Assembly (NCBI GenBank): GCA_964488495.1
Contig: CAZAUQ010000004.1
Span: 5,316-69,315, forward strand
Reading direction: 5' to 3'
DNA length: 64,000 bases
Origin: an uncultured Bacteroidales bacterium
GTDB lineage: Bacteria > Bacteroidota > Bacteroidia > Bacteroidales > UBA1402
Shown here: positions 59,689 through 64,000 of the stretch, in pieces
How the letters are laid out: each line of letters starts with the position of its first letter
Numbering within the stretch: the first letter of the stretch is position 1
Position numbers and translations under genes: made by a program
Notes under the pieces: generated by a model
The model's input: only the letters and a program-made list of their open reading frames with translations
The model's database searches: none
Told to the model about the DNA's origin: nothing

Positions 59689-60761
59689 TATTCCAGGTAT
59701 AAATAATCGTAATGTATAAGGGCTTTTTGGCCTTTCGATCCGATGAGGCTCCGGGCGGCATTGCTGTCGCAACGTATCTTGCCCACTCCGATCTGGCGCC
59801 CTTCGTGGTCAATGACCCGCACAATGTCTCCCTTTTCGAATTCGCCTTCGATGTGCTCGATGCCCACTGGTAGCAAGCTGGCCTGAGTGTGCTTTAAAGC
59901 CTCGGTACAACCTTGGTTTATATGTAATTCCCCTTTGGCGAAACCTTCGGAATGTGCAATCCATTTCTTGATGGCAGAGGTTTTTTCGGCAGGCAGAAAC
60001 AAACTGTGTTTGTTGCGCGGCTCGGAGCTGAGCAGGTCGGGAATGATGTTTTCTTTTTTCCCGTTGGCTATGATGACCCGGATGCCTTCTTCGGCCAGCT
60101 TGGAGGCGATGTTGTATTTGGTGCGCATGCCTCCTCTGCCGGTGGTAGAACGATCGGTGCTGATGTATTGTCCCAGATCTTGTCCGGGCAATATTTCTCC
60201 GATCAATTCAGCTGCGGGATCGTCCGGGTGCCCTTTGTAGATGCCGTCCACATTGCTGAGGATAAGAAGGACTTCGGCATTCATCATCCCGGCAATCAGC
60301 CCCGAAAGTTCGTCGTTGTCGGTGAACATCAATTCGGTCACAGAAACGGTGTCGTTTTCGTTAACGATGGGGATCACCTTGTTTTCGAGCATCACCTCCA
60401 TGCAATTTTTTTGATTGAGGTAATGCCGCCGGTCGGCAAAATTTTCTTTGGTCGTCAGTATCTGCCCGCAAACAATAGAATGATCCCGGAAAAGATCGTA
60501 GTATTTATTGATCAAAATGGCTTGCCCGATGGCAGAAAAAAGTTGACGTTGTTCTACCTGCCCCAGTTTGCGCGAGGCCTGAATTTCGCTGCGTCCGGCT
60601 GCTACGGCTCCCGAGGATACAATAATAAGTTCCAGCCCCGCCTTGTGAAGTTCTGCAATCTGATCTGCCAGAGCCGACATTCGGGTAACGTCCAGGGTTC
60701 CGTCTTTGCGGGTGAGGACATTGCTGCCAATTTTAACAACGACACGGCGATAATTGTACAT
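59688..60761 (-). CDS. proB: glutamate 5-kinase
   Basis: VVKIGSNVL start, [17 protein letters not shown], and a C-terminal PUA-like domain. Confidence 0.95.
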   Translation of the reverse strand: MYNYRRVVVKIGSNVLTRKDGTLDVTRMSALADQIAELHKAGLELIIVSSGAVAAGRSEIQASRKLGQVEQRQLFSAIGQAILINKYYDLFRDHSIVCGQILTTKENFADRRHYLNQKNCMEVMLENKVIPIVNENDTVSVTELMFTDNDELSGLIAGMMNAEVLLILSNVDGIYKGHPDDPAAELIGEILPGQDLGQYISTDRSTTGRGGMRTKYNIASKLAEEGIRVIIANGKKENIIPDLLSSEPRNKHSLFLPAEKTSAIKKWIAHSEGFAKGELHINQGCTEALKHTQASLLPVGIEHIEGEFEKGDIVRVIDHEGRQIGVGKIRCDSNAARSLIGSKGQKALIHYDYLYLE

Positions 60762-60765
60762 AGCT

Positions 60766-61554
60766 TCAGAGTAAACTGGCTTTGATGCCTTTGATGACAG
60801 AAGCGGTAAAACCAGAAGCTTCCATTTCGTTCAAGCCCCTGATGGTGATACCTCCGGGTGTAGTGACTTTGCGGATTTCCACTTCGGGGGTGGTTTTGTT
60901 TTTAAGTAACAGCTCGGCGGCTCCCTTAACGGTTTGAGCTATCAGTTCTGTAGCCTGTTCGGGACTAAAGCCCATTTCGATGGCCACCTGAACGTTAGCT
61001 TTAATGAACTGCAGCGCAAAGCCCGTCCCGCAGGAAGTCAGCGAAGTGCCCGCAGCCAGCATTTCCTGGGGAATAAGCACCGCTTTGCCCAAATGCCCGA
61101 GCATTTTCATCATTAACTTGTCTTGTTCGGGACTGGAGTTGGCTGCCGACAACAGACTCATGCTTTCTCTCAATGCTATGGCCGTGTTGGGAATAAACCG
61201 ATAACAGGACAGAGTAGAAAGGCTTTCGGGCAATTTGCTGTAAATCTGCTCAAAACTCACTCCGGCAGCCACTATTACCAAAATAGGCCTGGAGAGTTCC
61301 AGCAATGGAGCTATTTCTGTCAGGATTGTTCCAACCAGCCAGGGTTTAACAGCCACGATTACGATGTCAGCCTGAGCGGCCGCTTTGTTCTGAGTAGAGC
61401 TTTGAATCTTAGGAAAAGAATTTTTAATCAGCTCCAGATTGGATTTTTCGATATCCGAGATAAAGATGTCGTTTTCGGGCACAAAAGCCGATTTGGCCAA
61501 GCCTGATATGATGGCTTTGCCGATGTTGCCCACTCCTATAATTCCGATTTTCAT
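60766..61554 (-). CDS. proC: pyrroline-5-carboxylate reductase
   Basis: IGIIGVGNIG Rossmann motif and C-terminal TTPGGITIRGL. Confidence 0.92.
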   Translation of the reverse strand: MKIGIIGVGNIGKAIISGLAKSAFVPENDIFISDIEKSNLELIKNSFPKIQSSTQNKAAAQADIVIVAVKPWLVGTILTEIAPLLELSRPILVIVAAGVSFEQIYSKLPESLSTLSCYRFIPNTAIALRESMSLLSAANSSPEQDKLMMKMLGHLGKAVLIPQEMLAAGTSLTSCGTGFALQFIKANVQVAIEMGFSPEQATELIAQTVKGAAELLLKNKTTPEVEIRKVTTPGGITIRGLNEMEASGFTASVIKGIKASLL

Positions 61555-61680
61555 AGTTGAACTTTTTTTAATGATAGCAACTAAGCTAAAGTTTTATTTT
61601 TAAATGCGGAAGCGTTCATGGATGGTTTTATCACTCGCTGAGAGGATTGATTTTATCCTTGTCGTTTCCTGTTTTTTATA

Positions 61681-62811
61681 CTAGAACGTTTTCAAGGCCA
61701 GTTTGAATTTTTCTATAAAAAGTCCGGCTTGTTCAATGCTCAGGCTCAAAGGCGGCAGAAGGCGTATAACTTGGCTGCCGCTGACCCCCGTAAACACTCC
61801 GTGTTCAAAAAGCAGGTTTTTCCGGAGATCTTTTATAGCTTTGTCGAATTCCAGGCCTATCATCAGCCCCAGGCCGCGGACTTCTTTTATTTGCGGTATG
61901 GACTTACATTCTTTTATCAAATAATCTCCCACCCGGGCGGCGTTGCTTATTAAATCTTCCTGTTCTATGACATCCAGCACGGCCAGAGCTGCGGCACAAG
62001 CCAGGTGGTTACCTCCGAAGGTGGTTCCCAACATGCCGTGAACAGCCTTGAATTCGGGGCTGATGATGAGTCCGCTCATGGGGAAACCATTGGCGATGCC
62101 TTTAGCTACTGTGATCAAATCGGGTCGTATGCCGGCGTGTTGATGGGCAAAAAATTTGCCGCTGCGTCCGTAGCCCGATTGTATTTCGTCCAGAATCAGG
62201 ACCGTTTTTGTCTCACTGCAGGTTTTGCGCAAAGCGTGCAAAAATGCCGGATCGGGAATATGAATACCGCCTACACCCATAATGCCTTCGACGATGACTG
62301 CAGAGACATCTCCCTTAGCCAGGCAGTTTTGCATGGCCGGAACGTCGTTGAGCGACAAAAATTCCACCTCCATGCCCTGATTGACCGGAGCCACTATGTT
62401 GGGGTTGTCCGTGACACGAACAGCTGCCGAAGTACGGCCGTGAAAGGCCTTGCGAAAGGCTACTACTTTGCGGCGTCCGTTATGAAACGAAGCCAGTTTG
62501 AGTGCGTTTTCGTTGGCTTCAGCTCCGGAATTTACCAGAAAAAGGCTGTAGTCTTCGTAGCCGGAAATCTTTCCAAGGCGTTCAGCAAAGATCCTTTGCA
62601 GGCTGTTTACTACAGAGTTGGAATAAAAACCCAGTTTGCCGGCTTGTTCCGAAATCTTTTGTACGTAATGTGGGTGGGAATGCCCGATGGAAATTACGGC
62701 ATGCCCGCCGTAGAGATCGAGGTACTCCCGTCCCTGTTTGTCGTAAATGAAGCAATTTTTGCCGCTGACTATTTCGAGGTCGTATAAGGGGTAAACATCA
62801 AATAAATTCAT
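61681..62811 (-). CDS. argD: acetylornithine/succinylornithine aminotransferase
   Basis: Class III PLP aminotransferase with SGAEANE, LDEIQSGYGRSGK and the TVAKG PLP-lysine region. Confidence 0.92.
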   Translation of the reverse strand: MNLFDVYPLYDLEIVSGKNCFIYDKQGREYLDLYGGHAVISIGHSHPHYVQKISEQAGKLGFYSNSVVNSLQRIFAERLGKISGYEDYSLFLVNSGAEANENALKLASFHNGRRKVVAFRKAFHGRTSAAVRVTDNPNIVAPVNQGMEVEFLSLNDVPAMQNCLAKGDVSAVIVEGIMGVGGIHIPDPAFLHALRKTCSETKTVLILDEIQSGYGRSGKFFAHQHAGIRPDLITVAKGIANGFPMSGLIISPEFKAVHGMLGTTFGGNHLACAAALAVLDVIEQEDLISNAARVGDYLIKECKSIPQIKEVRGLGLMIGLEFDKAIKDLRKNLLFEHGVFTGVSGSQVIRLLPPLSLSIEQAGLFIEKFKLALKTF

Positions 62812-62834
62812 TTTCTTCCAGTTTTGGTATAGGC

Positions 62835-63797
62835 TTAGAACCCGATACTTTTAAGATTCAGCCCTGTTTTTTCGTCCAGGCCAAACATCAGGTTCATATT
62901 TTGAACCGCTTGGCCGGAAGCGCCTTTTAATAAATTATCCACCACAGAAACAATCAGGAGTTGATCTCCGTGCTTTTGGAGATGTAACAAACATTTGTTG
63001 GTGTTGACCACTTGCTTGAGGTCGGGATTTTCTTTGCAGACAAAGCAGAAAGCAGCGTCGTTGTAAAAGTCGGCATAGACCTTTTCGGCTTCCTGGAGGC
63101 TCCAGGGGCAAGGGGTGTAGGCCGTGGCCAGAATACCTCTTGGGAAATCTCCCCGCAGAGGGATGAAATGGACGTCGGCCTTGAATCCTTTTTGCAAAGC
63201 GCCCAGGGTTTGTCTGATTTCTTTCAGGTGTTGATGTTCGAAAGCTTTGTAAACCGAAATATTGTTGTTTCTCCAGCTGAAATGCGAAGTGGGCGAAGGT
63301 TTAACGCCGGCTCCGGTAGAACCGGTAATGGCGTTGACGTGAACATCGGAATTCAACAGACCGGCAGCCGCCAGGGGCAGCAAGGCCAGCTCAATGCATG
63401 TGGCAAAACAGCCGGGGTTGGCAATTTTGTCGGCCCGGCGAATCTTTTCCTTTTGCCATTCGGGTAAACCGTAGACAAAACCATCGCTTTCGTCGCGATA
63501 ATCGGTGGATAAATCAATCAGTTTAAGTTTGGACGGCAGGTTGTGGCTTTCAAGAAACTTCTTGCTGTCGCCATGAGCAGAGCAGAGGAAAAGCACATCT
63601 ATTTCATCCGTGAGCGGTTCGCTTACAAAAGTCAGCTCACATTCTCCGTAAAGCCCTCCGTGTACCGAGACAACAGGCTTGCCCGCGTTGCTGCTGCTGT
63701 GTACAAACACAATCTCTGTGTCGGGATGATGAATCAATATCCGCAGCAATTCCCCGGCGGTATAACCTGCTCCGCCAATTATTCCAACTTTGATCAT
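62835..63797 (-). CDS. argC: N-acetyl-gamma-glutamyl-phosphate reductase
   Basis: IIGGAGYTAGEL and the active-site NPGCFATC. Confidence 0.95.
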   Translation of the reverse strand: MIKVGIIGGAGYTAGELLRILIHHPDTEIVFVHSSSNAGKPVVSVHGGLYGECELTFVSEPLTDEIDVLFLCSAHGDSKKFLESHNLPSKLKLIDLSTDYRDESDGFVYGLPEWQKEKIRRADKIANPGCFATCIELALLPLAAAGLLNSDVHVNAITGSTGAGVKPSPTSHFSWRNNNISVYKAFEHQHLKEIRQTLGALQKGFKADVHFIPLRGDFPRGILATAYTPCPWSLQEAEKVYADFYNDAAFCFVCKENPDLKQVVNTNKCLLHLQKHGDQLLIVSVVDNLLKGASGQAVQNMNLMFGLDEKTGLNLKSIGF

Positions 63798-64000
63798 TTT
63801 TTGTTTGCTCTGTCTTGTACGTTGTAATAGATTTTCATCTGGTTGCCCAGTATTTTGGTAAAGCCTTTCATGTCGTTGGCATCCCAGGCTTTGTTTACTT
63901 CGCCGTATTCGCCGAAATCGGTTTTCATCAGATCGTAGGGGCTGTCTACTCCTATCAGGCTGAAGCTGTAGGGTCTGAGCCTGATGCTGACTTTGCCGCA
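63794..64000 (-). CDS. argG: argininosuccinate synthase, C-terminal 68 codons (5' part lies outside the window)
   Basis: My reverse-strand translation reads CGKVSIRLRPYSFSLIGVDSPYDLMKTDFGEYGEVNKAWDANDMKGFTKILGNQMKIYYNVQDRANKK*, which is ArgG C-terminus-like. The stop overlaps the argC start as ATGA. Confidence 0.8.
   Translation of the reverse strand, partial: CGKVSIRLRPYSFSLIGVDSPYDLMKTDFGEYGEVNKAWDANDMKGFTKILGNQMKIYYNVQDRANKK

Noticed and set aside
59952-60785. Long plus-strand ORFs antisense to well-recognised genes. Examples: 277 aa opposite proB (59952-60785), 260 aa opposite argD (62005-62787), 246 aa opposite rnr (32241-32981), 177 aa opposite SurA (38231-38764) and 158 aa opposite purL (2430-2906).
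   Set aside because: Each lies entirely within a confidently identified gene on the other strand. Their sequences are low-complexity (rich in G/V/F/R) with no recognisable motifs. They are typical shadow ORFs produced by the codon bias of the real gene.
1-64000. tRNA, rRNA, CRISPR arrays, transposases, integrases, phage or toxin-antitoxin/defence genes.
   Set aside because: All intergenic regions are 269 nt or shorter. None shows tRNA-like cloverleaf potential or spaced direct repeats. No ORF has recognisable transposase, integrase, nuclease-ATPase or other defence signatures.

Overview
This is a gene-dense 64-kb chromosomal segment with about 52 protein-coding genes. I found no tRNA or rRNA genes, CRISPR array, transposase, integrase or phage genes. 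It looks like Bacteroidota, for three reasons: TAnnTTTG-type -7 promoter boxes sit upstream of several genes, the ArgF' resembles the Bacteroides enzyme, and there is a tandem set of SurA/parvulin chaperones beside an OstA-like protein.

Most of the window is core metabolism and housekeeping:
- purL, rfbD, mdh, folE, gltX, waaA, ahcY, rnr and mutL
- recQ-clpX-clpP-tig
- trpS
- a merged arginine/proline cluster: argG-argC-argD, then proC-proB-proA-argF'

The one clearly accessory region is a surface-glycan locus at about 15.7-31.8 kb. It contains waaA, a Wzx-like flippase, a GT2 and a UDP-xylose synthase. A 10-gene minus-strand operon follows, headed by the SAH hydrolase gene ahcY. That operon carries three SAM-dependent methyltransferases, GT2/GT4/GT1-like enzymes, a GNGPSL-motif (DUF115/Cst-like) protein and a YfhO-type membrane protein. 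Part of it is visibly AT-richer than its surroundings.

Other items worth a second look:
- a four-domain CoA-disulfide-reductase/rhodanese/TusA/DsrE-like fusion
- an orphan RACo-like 2Fe-2S/ASKHA protein whose gene overlaps a CPBP protease gene and precedes a glutamine-synthetase-family gene
- an RNase R that appears to lack its cold-shock/OB domains
- a strong plus-strand-oriented terminator hairpin in a region with no plus-strand gene

I saw no convincing defence system, mobile element or wholly novel multi-gene system. The ahcY-led methylated-glycan operon is the best candidate for undescribed biology. All calls come from reading translations and motifs by eye; no database search was run.
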